A DNA stretch of 64,000 nt from Octopus sinensis (Eukaryota), in assembly GCF_006345805.1 (NCBI RefSeq), contig NC_043002.1, positions 55,924,001-55,988,000 on the forward strand. The letters run 5' to 3'. Positions 37,559 to 51,076 of the stretch are shown here, one piece after another. Each line of letters begins with the position of its first letter. Position 1 is the stretch's first letter. A model generated the notes under the pieces. It saw nothing but the letters and a program-made list of their open reading frames with translations, had not been told where the DNA came from and did not search any database. Position numbers and translations under genes: made by a program.

Positions 37559-37683
37559 AGGAATTAATTCTCCGATGCTATCAAAAGCATTCATTGTCAC
37601 TTCTACATTCTTTGCCGATGTCTTATTGCCTCGCTCGAACTCTCCATGGGACAAAACTATATACAGATCATTCCGTACATCAC
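37559..37683 (-). CDS. DOCK3/DOCK4-like: DOCK exon: (G)DVRNDLYIVLSHGEFERGNKTSAKNVEVTMNAFDSIGELIP
   Basis: Hallmark DHR-1 motif GDVRNDLY...GEFERG...KNVEVTM; tag/gtaagt splice sites. Confidence 0.97.
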
Positions 37684-37744
37684 CTAATGTAAGAAAAAAT
37701 TAAATTTAAAAAAAGTGCTAACAAACAAGCATTGAAGAAAAACA

Positions 37745-38300
37745 TTTATTCAGCCATTCCTCTGTCCACTATTCCTGTGGGGGAGGGGTCATGAGGCATA
37801 GAGTCCTCAGGCACCTCCTTCCTAGTCATGAGGCGTAGAGTCCTCAGGCACCTCCTTCCTAGTCATGAGGCGTAGAGTCCTCAGGCACCTCCTTCCTAGT
37901 CATGAGGCATAGAGTCCTCAGGCACCTCCTTCCTAGTCATGAGGCGTAGAGTCCTCAGGCACCTCCTTGCTAGGGGCCAATCAAAAGCAGCTGTCATTAC
38001 TCTTTCCTGCTGGATTCCCAAACATGACCAACCGAGGTCTCCTGTTGGTTGGTTCAGCTTCAAGAATCTGTCTTGCAATTTTTTCCTGCAACATTCTAAC
38101 CACATGTCCGTTGGATTGTGACCCCTCATAGCAGAGAAGTAGCAACTCAACCTGGAGAGAGGCCCTGATCTCCAAGCTATGCACCCTGATGAGTAATATT
38201 AGCCCAGAGATATTTTGGAAGAACCCCATTTCAGCTACTTGTATTTGTGCCTTTACTCTTTCTGGTCATAAACTAGCAAGGAGAGCAGATGTCACATGAT
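37745..38300 (-). mobile_element. RTE-like LINE 3' fragment with an amplified 37-bp tail unit
   Basis: IQVAEMGFFQNISG...GHVVRM...RQILEAEPT.RRPR. Confidence 0.75.
37788..37972. repeat. 37-bp tandem repeat x5
   Basis: Unit GTCATGAGGC(A/G)TAGAGTCCTCAGGCACCTCCTTCCTA starts at 37,788, 37,825, 37,862, 37,899, 37,936. Confidence 0.95.
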
Positions 38301-40898
38301 GATGACCATTAAAATTGTAATAATGATATTGGTTTTAAATAGCTTCAGCAATCATGCATGAGCAGAAAAGTGGCACAGAAGTAATTGGTTCAATGATTAT
38401 GGATACACTTAAAATGGTGCCAATGAAATAGTGCCTGCCATGTTCCTTTCATACAACCGGATCCCTGGTGTGTTTCAGGTAACCCGTCAAAATGTGACAG
38501 TTTACACCAGTATTAAAAATGCTTAACCATTTCGTGAGAGCAACCCACTCTACTTTGTATATGAGCAACTCTACTCCAGACTTATGCTTGGCTGATCTGT
38601 TGGAATCCTCCTTGGCTTACTGTCCCACTTTTCTGTGGGTTCCTCATAATAACAACTAATAACAACTTAGATGACCCTTTTTCATAAATATCATGTCAAT
38701 TTATTTTAATCTTTTATTTTCTTCTATTCCTATTAAATGGAGTAGAAGTCCCCTGACCATTGCAGAGTCTTACACATTTTTTTTTCTTAGTTAATAAGCA
38801 CTGGTGTTGGTGCCACATAAAAAGCACCAAGAACCAGTGGCAGCTCGTAGATAAAATTAGTGGGGGGGGGTCTGCTCTTCAGAAAATTTTTTGCCATTGT
38901 TTTAATATTGTGTAAAAAGAAACAAACATATAAAAAGGAAATTTATACATAAACTTGATCAGTTCGTGTTTTAGCCACTACCAAGTAGTGTGTATAATCT
39001 GTTCACTGAACACTGTCACAAATTCTCCCTTGTTTTTCAAAAATCCCCCCAAATCACAAAATACGGGTGGGGGGGGGCGGAATGTGCCCTGTTTTTCAAA
39101 TCCAGGCAGCAACACTGAAGTTGGACCCAGGATAATAATCTAATTCTACACTTTATCACATTCAAGAATATAAACACATTTTTAAGCACAACACAGTCAA
39201 AAAAAGACACTACCTTTCACGTGGAACTGTCGTACACGCAGTGCTCTCTCTCTCTCCCTTATGTGAAGTTTCTTATCTCAGACATGTAAGCATACGCACA
39301 ACAGCCAAACAGTGTGTAGATGGAACTGTGAAGAGCACAGTTCTATACAAGGATTTTTGTAATTCGTTCATAAACTAGGGGATGGCTACTGAAGTTAAGC
39401 TTAAGGATTATGTAATGTACAAGTACAAAGAAATAATTAAAGAAAAATACTATTCATCATATTGAATGTTATCAATAATATGGAGTGGAAACGAGGGGTG
39501 CTGCAGTTCTGCAGTGCCTATACACAAGCTGCCACTGCCCAGTGCACTCTGTAAAGTGGTGGGTATTAGAAAGAGCATCCAGCCATAGAAACCATGCCAA
39601 AACAGACAATGGAACCTGGTGCAGCTCCTGTCAGACCATCCAACCATGCCAGCATAGAAAACAGACATTAAATGATGATGATGAATAATGGAAGGGATGA
39701 AAGAATGAACTTTTGTTTGAAAAGTGTGTCTTTTAGATATATCATTCCTGCTATTTTATGATTAACTTTTAACATTGCAGATAATTGTGGAACTGATTTA
39801 CCAAACTGCAAAATAACCCATCCTGTCATACATCAATAGCTTCCATCTATTCATAAATGCTATCAATTTCCAAACTAGACAAATCTATGTCCGTATTCTG
39901 TCTTATTCTCATCTTCTATGCTCCAACACCTCATAAACACCATCTTTGTCTTCTTTCCAGTAACTCCCATCCACCCGTATATTGTGCAGGGTAGCCATGT
40001 ATTTCCCTGACAGCAAGACACCTGTCTCTGTCCTTCTGTCATAGTTCAACCTCACATTACCCAGCATAATGACATCTCCCCAGTCAATGACAACCCCACT
40101 TAATTGGAGGCATTTTGTCTTGTAAGATGCCAGTGCCACAAAAATGTACCCAGTACACTCTGTAAGGTGGCTGGTGAGAGCAAAGGGCATCGAATTGTAG
40201 AAACCATGCCAAACCATAGACTGGTGCTTGACACAGTCATCTAGTTTGTTAGATCATGTCAAGCCATTCTAACCTATGTCAGCTTGGAAAATGTATATAA
40301 AATGGTGATTGTGATGGTGTTGCATCTAATCATCTCAGCTGAGATTCCACAAGAATAACTTGTAACATCCAATACATCTAAATTCATTGCAAAGAAAGAA
40401 TTCCATTGTCGTGATATTGCAGGAAGTTTTGGTAAGAAATTGACCTGAAAAATTATTGGTTTCCAAATATTTATAAACCTCACTAAGAAATAGACAAGCA
40501 CTCCGTCGGTTACAACAACAAGGGTTCCATCTGATACAATCAACGGAACAGCCTGCTCAAGAAATTAATGTGCAAGTGGCTGAGCACTCCACAGACACGT
40601 GTACCCTTAATGGTGTTCTCAGGGAGATTCAGTGTGACACAGAATGTGACAAGGCTGGCCCCTTTATCTACAATTACTCATTTTTGCCAGCTGAGTGGAC
40701 TGGAGCAATGTGAAATAAAGTGTCTTGCTCAAGGACACAACACATCTCCAGGAATTGAACTCACGACCTTACGATTGTGAACCAAATGCCCTAACCACTG
40801 AGCCATGTGCCTTGACACAAAGAAATATGTTGTTAAGAGTAGCAAGAATTTGGAAATAGCATAGAGATAAATAAATAAATAAATAAAAAATATTTGAC

Positions 40899-41024
40899 CT
40901 GGCAATAAAGACTCTGGGAAACTGCACTGCTGGACTAATGCCGCACCTTTATTGAAAGGTATTGGGTTGGTAGATTTGAGGAAGGGAAGATCACCAAATA
41001 ACAGCTGCAGACCAATATATAGAC
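40899..41024 (-). CDS. DOCK3/DOCK4-like: DOCK-B-like GEF exon (start of DHR-1): GLYIGLQLLFGDLPFLKSTNPIPFNKGAALVQQCSFPESLLPG
   Basis: AG/GT flanks, phase 1 to 1. Matches the DOCK3 segment GLIISLQLLRGD...FPDVIMPG as recalled. Confidence 0.9.
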
Positions 41025-42125
41025 CTATTTTAAAACAAATGGCACAGGATTAGAGATGTGTGTAAATATGGACAAAACTCACAAAAAAAAAAGATAAACA
41101 TTCTGATAATTTATTTTTTTTATGATTAAATTTATCAAAAGTATAACACAGGCTAAGTAAAGTCAAACTGAAATTTCATTAATTATATCTGCATTTTACT
41201 AATGAGGACATATGCATACAAAACTGTGAAATGTTCAAATTTATCTTTTATGTGTTTCAATCATTAGACTGCGGCCATTCTGGGGCATTGCTTTAAAGAA
41301 ATTTTAGCTGAATGAATTGACACATGTACTATTATTTTAAAGCTTGGTACTTATTTTATCAGTCACTTTTTCCAAACTGCTAAGTAATGTGTTGTAAACA
41401 TGCCAACACCAGTTGCCAGTTAATGATGTGGGAGAAACAGACACACATATATACTTGGTAGGCTTCTTTCAGTTTCCATCTACGAAATCCACTCACAAGG
41501 CTTTGGTCAGCATGAAGCTATAGAAGACACTTGCCCAAGGTGCTATGCAGAGGGACTGAACCCAGAACCATGTGGCTGGCAAGCAAACTTCTTACCACAT
41601 AGCCACGCCTATGTTTATATGCTAAAAACAACCTTACTAATAAGCTATATGCTTCCCTAGGCCAACTAGCCCCCTCTTACAGAACATCCATTTCCCCATG
41701 CTTACAAAGCTCACATGGAGTTTACTGAGGGAGATTTTTTTTTCTACAGCTGGATGCTCTTCCTGTTGCCAACATTTGTATGTTTCCAAGGTAATATTTT
41801 CCCATGGCTGGACAGGTTTTCCGCTGAATGTTGGAAGTGAGTAGCATTGCTTGTTTTACAGCGACACCTGTTTACATCTACCACATGAGATGAAGACAAG
41901 GAGACACAAACACACACACACGTATTCTTTTATTTGTTTCAGGCATTTGACTGTGGCCATGCTGGTGCACCACCTTCAGTCAAATAAATCAACCCTAGGA
42001 CTAACTCCCCGCAAGCCTAGTACTTATTCTATCAGTCTCTTTTGCCTAACTGCTAAGTCACAGGGACATAAACACACCAACATCGGTTGTCAAGCAATAG
42101 CGGGGGGACAAACACAGACACACAC

Positions 42126-42164
<39 letters not shown>

Positions 42165-42490
42165 GATGGGCTTCTTTCAGTTTCCGTCTACCAAATCCAC
42201 TCAGAAGGCTTTGGTCAGCCTCAGTCTATAATAGAAGACACTTGCCCAAGGTGCCGCATAGTGGGACTGAACCCTGAACCACATGGTTGGGAAGCAAGCT
42301 TCTTACCATACAGCCATGCCTGCGCCTATATATGTGAATTGTTGGCGATTTTTTTTTCCTCTACAGTTCTATATTTAAGGCTGAAACGTTGTGTTAACAA
42401 CAAACAAGATGAGGACAAATATCCATCAATTGTAAATAATGTAAACAATGTTTTTTTCTTCTGTCTTCCTTTTCTATTGGACTTTCCTCT

Positions 42491-42525
42491 GTTTCTGAAG
42501 AAGAGCTTCACTCAAAACATTAAAC
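42491..42525 (+). ncRNA. Decayed hammerhead-like motif (further family)
   Basis: GTTT-CTGAAGA-A-GAGC-TTC-ACTC-AAAA-CATT-AAAC; differences fit CpG decay. A truncated SINE-tail copy lies just upstream (about 42,378-42,450). Confidence 0.45.
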
Positions 42526-42631
42526 CATCTTTCTTTCTTTCCCTGAGCTTCTGCTAATACTTTACTATATATATATATATATGTATGTATATATATATGG
42601 AGTGTTTTGGAAATTCCTTGATACATTTATA

Positions 42632-42927
42632 ATATTTGGAGAGAAGATTTTTTCTCAAAAAGTTAAGATTAAGAAGAGAACCTTTTTAGAAAGTCAAAAG
42701 ACACTAACCATTGGGAAGAGATTTCACAAAATGTATGTGGCTTTTGCTTTTATAGATATGCAAGCGCTTTAAGTCCTTAACATTTTCAAGCGCTTGCACA
42801 TCAATAAAAGCAAAAGCCACAGAGATTTTGTGAAATCTCTTCCCAAAGGTTAGTGTCTTTTGACTTTCTAAAAAGGTTTTCTTCTCAATCTTAACTCTTT
42901 GAGAAAAAAAATCTCCTCTCCAAATAT
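42632..42927. repeat. Fold-back palindrome, ~138-bp arms, 18-bp loop, between (TA)n tracts
   Basis: 42,632-42,769 versus 42,788-42,927. Confidence 0.92.
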
Positions 42928-43477
42928 ATATATATATATAAACAAAAAAGATTGAAAAAACTACAGAAGGCTTGTATTTTATGGTTAAAGAATATATTTA
43001 AGTTGTTAATTTAGAAAAATATTATAAAATTTTGCGTATAGTAACATAGTTTTTGGAGAAATAACCGGTTTTGTATTTTCTTTTCAAATTTCTTTACCTA
43101 TCGTGTCATGTCTTCACTATATATATATATATATATAAAAGATTCTCAGTTTTGGAAATAATGATTGTATATAACTGTAATCTGATAAATGAATAAAGTA
43201 ATAGACACAAGACCAGGTCAGCTGCTATAGCAAACATATAAGACTATATACATGTTGATCTCCCGTAATATAAGATTATTTGATTTGTCTTTCAAAACAA
43301 GTCATTTCTATATTCTAAAAGCAATTCAAAATATCATTATTTTCCATCTACCTAACCAGAAGATGTTTATTTACTAAAAAGGTTAGGTGGTTGTCAATAA
43401 AAGAAAACACAAAGTTCAGAAGAAAAAGGGAGAAAAACAAAAAGAAAAACTGGGTCAGAATATTCAATGAAAGAGCA

Positions 43478-43526
<49 letters not shown>

Positions 43527-45605
43527 GCACGAGTATATAACAGAAACAACAATAACAATAACAATTAGAAGAAACAGAAATATTTTGTAAAAACAGGAAT
43601 CACTATTTATCAGACAAAATTATGTTAACACAAAGATAAAAGACAAAATAATAATAATAATAAAAAAAACAGGATATATATTCAGCATGGTCACAGTGAG
43701 GGAAAAGGCTGAAAATTTGTACAAAAATTGCAATTTACGATAACAAGGCAAAGAAAAACAAATCAAAAACTATGACAAGTTGGAAAATTTATAGAAAGCT
43801 AAACTGAAAAATAAATGATCAAAACAAACAAACAGAAAATTAAGATTTAAAAAAAAAAGGCTTAAAACACAGTCACCTTCCTCCATGTGTTTAATTTTTT
43901 TCTGAAAGGTCTCTCTCCTCTCTCTCTTTCTCACACACACACACACACACACATACTAAATAAAGACCAGGCAATTTGCAACATATCTTTGATAAATTTA
44001 CAAACTGAAATGAAAAAATTAAATATTTCGCAAATATACAAATCAAAAATGGTGAATGATGAGGGAAAGCAACTCAGTATAAATGATAAAATAACAAAAC
44101 AAGTCAGGCAATGAACAGATATAAGTGTGTGCGTGTGTGTGTGATGCCGATAAATAAAATGCCAAACACTTCATAGATATGTTTCTGCATTTTGAAGAAA
44201 GGAAGGAAGGTGAGAAAGAAGGCTCAACTGGCTGGCACAGAAATGGAAAGATAATAATGAGTTATTTAATGACAATTAACCTTAACAGAACAAATAAAGC
44301 CTCTTATGATTACACACCCAATACAATGTGGAACTGCAGGAAGTGTGATATATGCCCTTTTAGATACGATGTCTAATGAATGATTTAATAAGTTGTTGGT
44401 CAAAACACCTGTGAATGCTTCGAAATTCAAGGCCAATTATCTAACCATGCTCATTCCTTTCAGTACAAAAGTAAAATAAATGGCACTTCTCTGGCTAAGT
44501 TATCTGTGACTTCAAAGAGAGGATATAAACTTCTATATTTCGTGGTTTGTTGGAAATAGTGCTCTTTCCTACAAAAGTAACTGCAATTTGGGCTTGAAAG
44601 ACGTGCTAGAAATTCTCAATTGCCAATTCCAAATCAATCAACACTGCTCTCTTGTTTTACATTTTCCACTTTATGTCCAATATACATATTCAAGGTGTCA
44701 ATGTTGTTATATATTTTAAAACTCAGTTTTTCTATTGTACTTACTAAAACAAACTGATGCACAAAATATAACAAGATGTATTTGTTTATATTTATATATA
44801 TATATGTGCTAACACACTATCTTAAAGATGGTAGATTGCTACATATATCATGCAGTATCTGCTGTGCTGTGTGTGCATGCACATTTATTTCACCTCACTC
44901 TTTCCATCTCTATTTTACACATAGAAGCATACATACAGCCTCCCCGTCTCTTACTCTCAAGAAAGAGCTGATAGTGTAGTGTGAGTTAAGCAGTAGTTGG
45001 TGTGAAAACTGATGAGAGAAATGGCTGGCAGTGTAGCGTAGCCACACACAGGCAAAGATCAAATTATAGCTATCATATAGATTATAGAGACTTATGCTAC
45101 TAACTGATAAAAGACCTACAGACACAGTTCTAAGAGCAGAAGTTATTTTGGTGCTAATAATATTTAAATAAAATATTCAACAAAAAGATGTGAAACAATA
45201 GTTGTAACTGTGCCTTCTAGTTGGTTTTGTCTGACTCAGTGAAACAAATATACAGAAGTGAGAAACAAGGGCAGACCAACACAACATTCACAAGAGAATT
45301 AAACACTAAAATATAATTAATGGTAAACATCATAAGCAGCATAATGAAGGGCACGCAAATTGTGTGTGTGTGTGTGTGTGTGTGTAGGGTTGTCAGATAA
45401 ATTTGCTTGTTTGTTTCCAATGTTATTTGAATCAAGAAGGCCCCCAGCGATTTCTACTGTTAAGGCATTGACAAGCTAGTGGAACATTGACAAGAAATCA
45501 TGAACAATGAACGAGAAAATAGTATAGACTGATGAAGACAATAACAATTAAAATAAAGAGAAGGAACATAAAAAAATTTATCAAAGAACTATATATATAC
45601 ATATA

Positions 45606-45808
45606 CAGTAATCCCTCACCATCACGGTTCACCTATTGTACACTCAATACATCACAGATTTTTCTGGTTAATATATGCAAATTTATATCATGGACTCCTT
45701 TGTATATCTGGGTTTCTGTGGCTGATATGTATTTATATTTTTTTAGAATTTAATTATTTTTGTGGGAGGTTTTGGAACATAATACCTGCGATAGTCAAAG
45801 GGTTACTG
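45606..45808. mobile_element. Tc1/pogo-like MITE
   Basis: TA-CAGTAATCCCT ... AGGGTTACTG-TA. Confidence 0.7.
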
Positions 45809-46719
45809 TATATACATTTTCATATCCACACAGTCACAAACATATATACAAAGTCAAAAAGGGCTGACAAATTCTTCAAATGTAGCAAAACTACTGCAGT
45901 GCATATTCAGGCAGTACTTTGCACATTGCTGAAGGAACTGCAACACAAACACCAGTGCATAAAAAAAAAACCTTTGAGTGCTGCTGCTGTTGCTGCAGAA
46001 GACATTGCAATGAAAAAAAACAAAAAAAAACATGTAATATAAAATTAATAAAAACTGCAGTCCCAGCATTCAGTTACTCAATTAACAAATTTAATTGGTT
46101 CCTTCAAAGAGCTTATTTATTGGGGGTGGGATGGGGGGACAGATTAAACATGTGAAACAAATAAAGGCATTACATGACAAATGGGAAACTACTTTCAGAC
46201 CCAAAAGTCATGGGTTGGATTTAAACAGAAAAATTTACAAATCCAGCAAGAGCAAGTGTGTGTGTGTTTGTTTAAATTTATTATTCTATTTAAAGTCTAC
46301 TTCAGTAAGAACAGAAGAGAGAACAGACTCAACTGCATTGCAGTGAATTAAAATGAATGCAATATGGAGAGAAATAGCTCACAAGAGACTCTGTTACTAA
46401 TTAAGATCAAAGAAATGTCAAGGTAGAACATGTAATAATGAGTCACCTGTAAATTGAAGGACAATTGTTTGATAGAATAATTACTTTGGCAGAAGACAAG
46501 TCAGACTTTGTGTGAGTTGTAACAAAACTATGTGACATAGTGAGTGAGGTATAACAATTTTATAATATCTTAATTCAGTTTATAGAGGTCTAATATTGAG
46601 AACTGTAACAAAATATTTGGCAGGGTTTTGGTGGGGTTTTCTTTCACCTGGCTATAGTCTATTCCTCTGCTACTTTCTAGGCTAGAATACTGAAATGATT
46701 TGTTTCAAATCAGTTAACC

Positions 46720-47640
46720 AAGATACACCAACACAGTAGCTAGGTTCTCCTTCCTACGTATCCAAGACAGCTTTGTCTTCCTAAATATAATCCACAAAGT
46801 CCTTCATACAACCAAAGATCACAATCCCCCAACCAACTTTCTCACCCATAACTGCCCAAGAACATGGCCTTCAGCATCTGGAGAAAGTCATCCAGAAACA
46901 TAGCTAAAGGGCAAACATCCTCCATCATAATGCCAACAAACATTGAGAAAATAAATCTTGCTTTCAGGTACTGAAACATCCTGCAAATTTTCTCACCTCC
47001 CGAAAAAGGGGATTTAGACCCTCTGACAACTTTTGATCTTTTACCATAACATTTCTGTTAACTTTGCAAGATTATCTTCAATGAAAGTCGCTCTGTAATT
47101 ATCATAAACATATGTAAACCCAAGTTTGTTTTGTACTTTGCTTCAAATTCTACAGACAGGAAAACTTTTCCAAAACTCCTCTTCTAATCCGTATCTACTT
47201 CTCTTCATACAACTACCAACAGAATTCCTCAAATCACTTCATAAACCGTTTCAATGGTGATCCCTACTATTACCTTCAAAACAGTGTAGTTTTAGCCTAG
47301 TTCCTAACCTCACTGACCTTTTCAATCTTTTCCCTATTATTAGAATCAGCCAACCTATGAAAATAGACTTTTCCAATAATTACTCTATATCTCTAACTTA
47401 CATTATTCCACATCTAAAAGATGAAAACAACCACCTGCTTCTTTACCATCTTGAATATCCTTACTTCCATAATTCAGCCAATCATTAATACCATTTTATT
47501 AGTGCCATCTCTACAAAAGACCTAATTTTCTACATGACAGACCAGTGATCTCTTGTCATAGAGAAATTCAGCATCAACAAAGAATTCCTGTCTGGCCTGA
47601 GCACCTCCTGGCTAAGTTGCCCATCTATGTGTTCCTTCTT
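46720..47640 (-). mobile_element. Heavily decayed non-LTR retrotransposon fragment (clade uncertain)
   Basis: Coding-like composition with many stops; no splice-consistent DOCK similarity. Confidence 0.4.
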
Positions 47641-48633
47641 TCTCTCAGGAGAAAAAAAATCCTTCTTTAATCTTTTAGCATTTAAACTGGTCAAATCCAG
47701 CTCAAATATTTTACATGTTTTCTGTTCAAACAGACCAGATCTGGTCTCTCACATCCAGCCTACAATGTCATTATAGAAACAAACAACCACATCATCAAAA
47801 TCTTGAAGCTACAGAATAATGCATGAGCAATTCTAAACAATACAAATGAATAAGCATCACATTTGAGAGAATAATCTGACGTGTGTGCTCCAGGCTTCAG
47901 TTATGTCAACAGAACTGCTTCTGTACATTAAGAACATTTTTGGTGCCACATTCAACACCATGACTTCCATGCAAATGTTATCTTTACTCTTCCTTCACCT
48001 TCACTCACAGCCATCATCATCATCATCGTCATGCTCCAGTGTTTGCTTTGGCATAGTTTTCATGGTTGGGTGACTTTCTTGATGCCAACCACCTTATGGA
48101 ATGTACTGGATGCTCTTTTCCGTACCCCCAGCACTGAAGAGGTCACCATGCAGCTTGCAAGAGACTACAAGCCCCAAGATGGGGAGGGGGCAGAGACAAT
48201 GAAGATTAGACTGGGGTAAAATGAGAAAAGGGGGTGCAGAAATCGATAAAGTAAGTTTTACTGCAAGTCTAGAAATTGTCCACACAAAATCTAAATATGT
48301 TGATCATTGCATTTCTTAAGCACAGAACTAAAATATAAATATGACAACCTTGTCTGATACAATACTATCCAAAAACATTAAAAATATAAAATAAAAATGC
48401 AAACAATCCATTCAAAGCACGTCCTATCTTGTTCTTGAGAAAATCATAGCTAAAACTATCACACTTGCTTCAAATATTAAATCTCAAAATTTCTGATGGG
48501 ATTTCCATGGTAACTGGGTTTCTGTTCCAAGACAAGCAAATACTTCCACTCTGATCAGTTTCTCAAATTCTACCATATTCAGGCGTTGTCCAAATGCTAA
48601 TCAGACTCTCAGCTCTTACGCACATATTCTAGA

Positions 48634-48890
48634 CCAGTGGTTCTCAACCGGGATCCATATGGTCCTTGGGAGTCCACATAAGATTTTGCTGTTAAAATTG
48701 ATCTGCAAGAATTTGATTATATTTCTACAATACACAAAATGTTTATTATTTTTTTAATACAATTCCTAATAATATTTAATCATCGAAACATAACAGGATT
48801 TTTTTGGAAACATTGAATGAGTAAAAGGGCCCATCCGAGTCAAATAGGAGTCAAAAGGGGGTCCAGAGGCAAAAAAATTGAGAAACACTG
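48634..48890. mobile_element. hAT-family MITE
   Basis: CAGTGGTTCTCAA / TTGAGAAACACTG termini; TSD not clear. Confidence 0.7.
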
Positions 48891-50494
48891 TAGACCAAAC
48901 CAAAACTTGGCCTTCTGCCTAACCAGAAGGATTCCCTCCCCAAACACTAAATAACCACCCCACACACAATGACATGTTCTTTCTTTTCTGCCCCTTTGCT
49001 TACTACTCTGACTGTTTTTCTTCCATGGAATTGTCTACTCCTACACCAGCATTATACAAACCCACTCAATCCCTTATTTTTTTTCTGTCATCCCTATCAG
49101 CTCTCTCCAACCACCCAATGTTCTGATTTATTTCTGTTTCTTTTTATTCTATTCTATGTAATCAAATACTTCATGTTATGTTCCAAGTTCAGCAGTTTTG
49201 ATTAGTTGTGTCTTGCTTTTTTTATCATTTCTAAGGCACCTGTTACTAAGATTTGCTTTTGTTTTCAATCCACGCGTTTTGGTTATCTCTATTTTAACGT
49301 CTTTATATCTGGATAGCTTCTCAGTTTCTCTCAGGGATATATTGTTGAGTGTTGAAAGTATTACTACATTTAGTCTTTGTGCAAACAAATTAGTGCCACC
49401 AACAGCATGACTGAGAAGATGATGGCCACAGATGAAGCTGGTAAACACTGAAATAGGCATTGTAAGTTGAATCTCTGCTGGAGAATGACAAAAACAATGA
49501 TAATAGTAACAACAAAAATGTTTTGTTTTTCTTTTTTGTTAATATTTTCATCAATAGTAGTAGCAGCAGCAACAGCAGTAATAATAGTAACAACAACAAC
49601 AACAGCAAATATCATATATACAGGATGTGAGATTTTGAAATTGTTGTGATTAACATTGTTAGATATAGAGGCTGAGTTCAGTAAAAGCTCTCTAAATGTG
49701 AAGATGAATTAAGTAATCTATGAAAACAATAACATATGGGGTTAACTACTCAAGGATGCCAGCCATATGAAAAAAAACATGTGGCAAGTTAGTGTTAACA
49801 TACTCAATGCAGTGTTCTTGCTACCCACAACAATGTACTGCTAATTACTTTGGAAAATACAGTAGTGTTAATACTTTACTGAGGAGGCCTCATACAGCTG
49901 AAACATGACTGAAGTTCTCTCCTCAACTTACTGAAATTATTTAAATAATATTATTTAAATAATTAAATAAAGACAATTTCAGCTAAGCTGAAATTTTCTT
50001 TTTCTCACTGTGCAATTATTTCTAATTAGATTTGTAATGTCCACTACATTAATTATGTTAACACTAACCAAGTTAGTCTACTGGGTTTAATAGAAGAAGA
50101 AACAGTCAAATTATATGTCAGAGCAAATTATTTCAATTATACAGAGTGAGTGCAAACATTTAGGGAATCTGTATACATTTGTATGTTCAGGTAGCTTGAG
50201 TGGGGCTTACATGAAAAGGGGCAGGTATAATAATTATTTCAAATTTTTGCCACAAAGGCAGCTTGGGGGAAGGGTTTAAGTCGATTACATTGACCCTAAT
50301 GCATAACTGGAACCTATTTAATTGACCCCCAAAAGGATGAAAGTCAAAATCAACCTCAGCAGGATTTGAACTCAGAATGTAGTGACAGGTAAAATACTGT
50401 CAAACATTTTGCCCAGCATGCTAGCGATTCTGCCAGCTGACTGCCTTAGGGGCAAGTATAATAATAAAACAACAAATAGCAGATATGTGAAGGT

Positions 50495-50800
50495 ATGTGG
50501 CTCAGTGGTTAGGGCGTTGCATTCACAAATGTGAGAGCATGGTTTCTATTCCCAGATAAAGTGATGCATTGCGTTCTTGAGCAAAACACTTCATTTCAAG
50601 TTGCCCCAGTCCACTCAGCTATAAAAGTCACCCTCCAACAGACTAATCTTCCAACTGTTGGGGAATGTTGGCCTGCTCTCCTAACCAGTGGCGTAACACC
50701 ATTCAAAAACAAGAACAATGCAAAGTGCTTTGTGACCAGCAACGTATAACAACATCCAAGAGTCTCGTCAATTACATGATCAGGTTATATATATATATGT
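50495..50800 (+). mobile_element. tRNA-derived SINE family 3. Other copies at about 40,490-40,815 (-), 55,165-55,400, 55,655-55,850, 57,800-57,975 (-), 58,730-58,955
   Basis: Head tggctcagtggttaggg; body cttgagcaaaacact..atttca.gttgc.ccagtccactcagc. Confidence 0.7.
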
Positions 50801-51076
50801 ACCACATTAAACTTTCTGCCAAGTGCATGACTAACATGAATAACCATGGTTGGGGTGGTGAGGATAAATCTTTGTGTCATTCTGAAAATCCAGGAGAGAT
50901 AATGGTGGAAAGAACGTATGTGAACAGAACAGATATGAGAAGTGAGATGAGAGAGTAGATCTTGATTCCATTTGTTTACATGTTTCACAATCTTGTTGAA
51001 ACAGCTGTAAATGAATGGAATAAATATATATCCTCTCAGCTTCTTTTATCTTTCCTCTCTCTCATAAATATATATA

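Noticed and set aside
37788-37972. CRISPR-like 37-bp repeats
   Set aside because: Units are contiguous with no unique spacers, there are no cas genes, and the array lies inside a eukaryotic LINE tail.
38185-38200. Isolated CTGATGA heptamers (also at about 1,787, 8,135, 11,720, 28,796, 45,007, 45,527)
   Set aside because: No supporting stem II, GAAA and stem I architecture.
40274-40543. 89-aa minus-strand ORF as a DOCK exon
   Set aside because: No DOCK similarity in any frame; the chain is already complete between 41,024 and 37,683; it partly overlaps a SINE.
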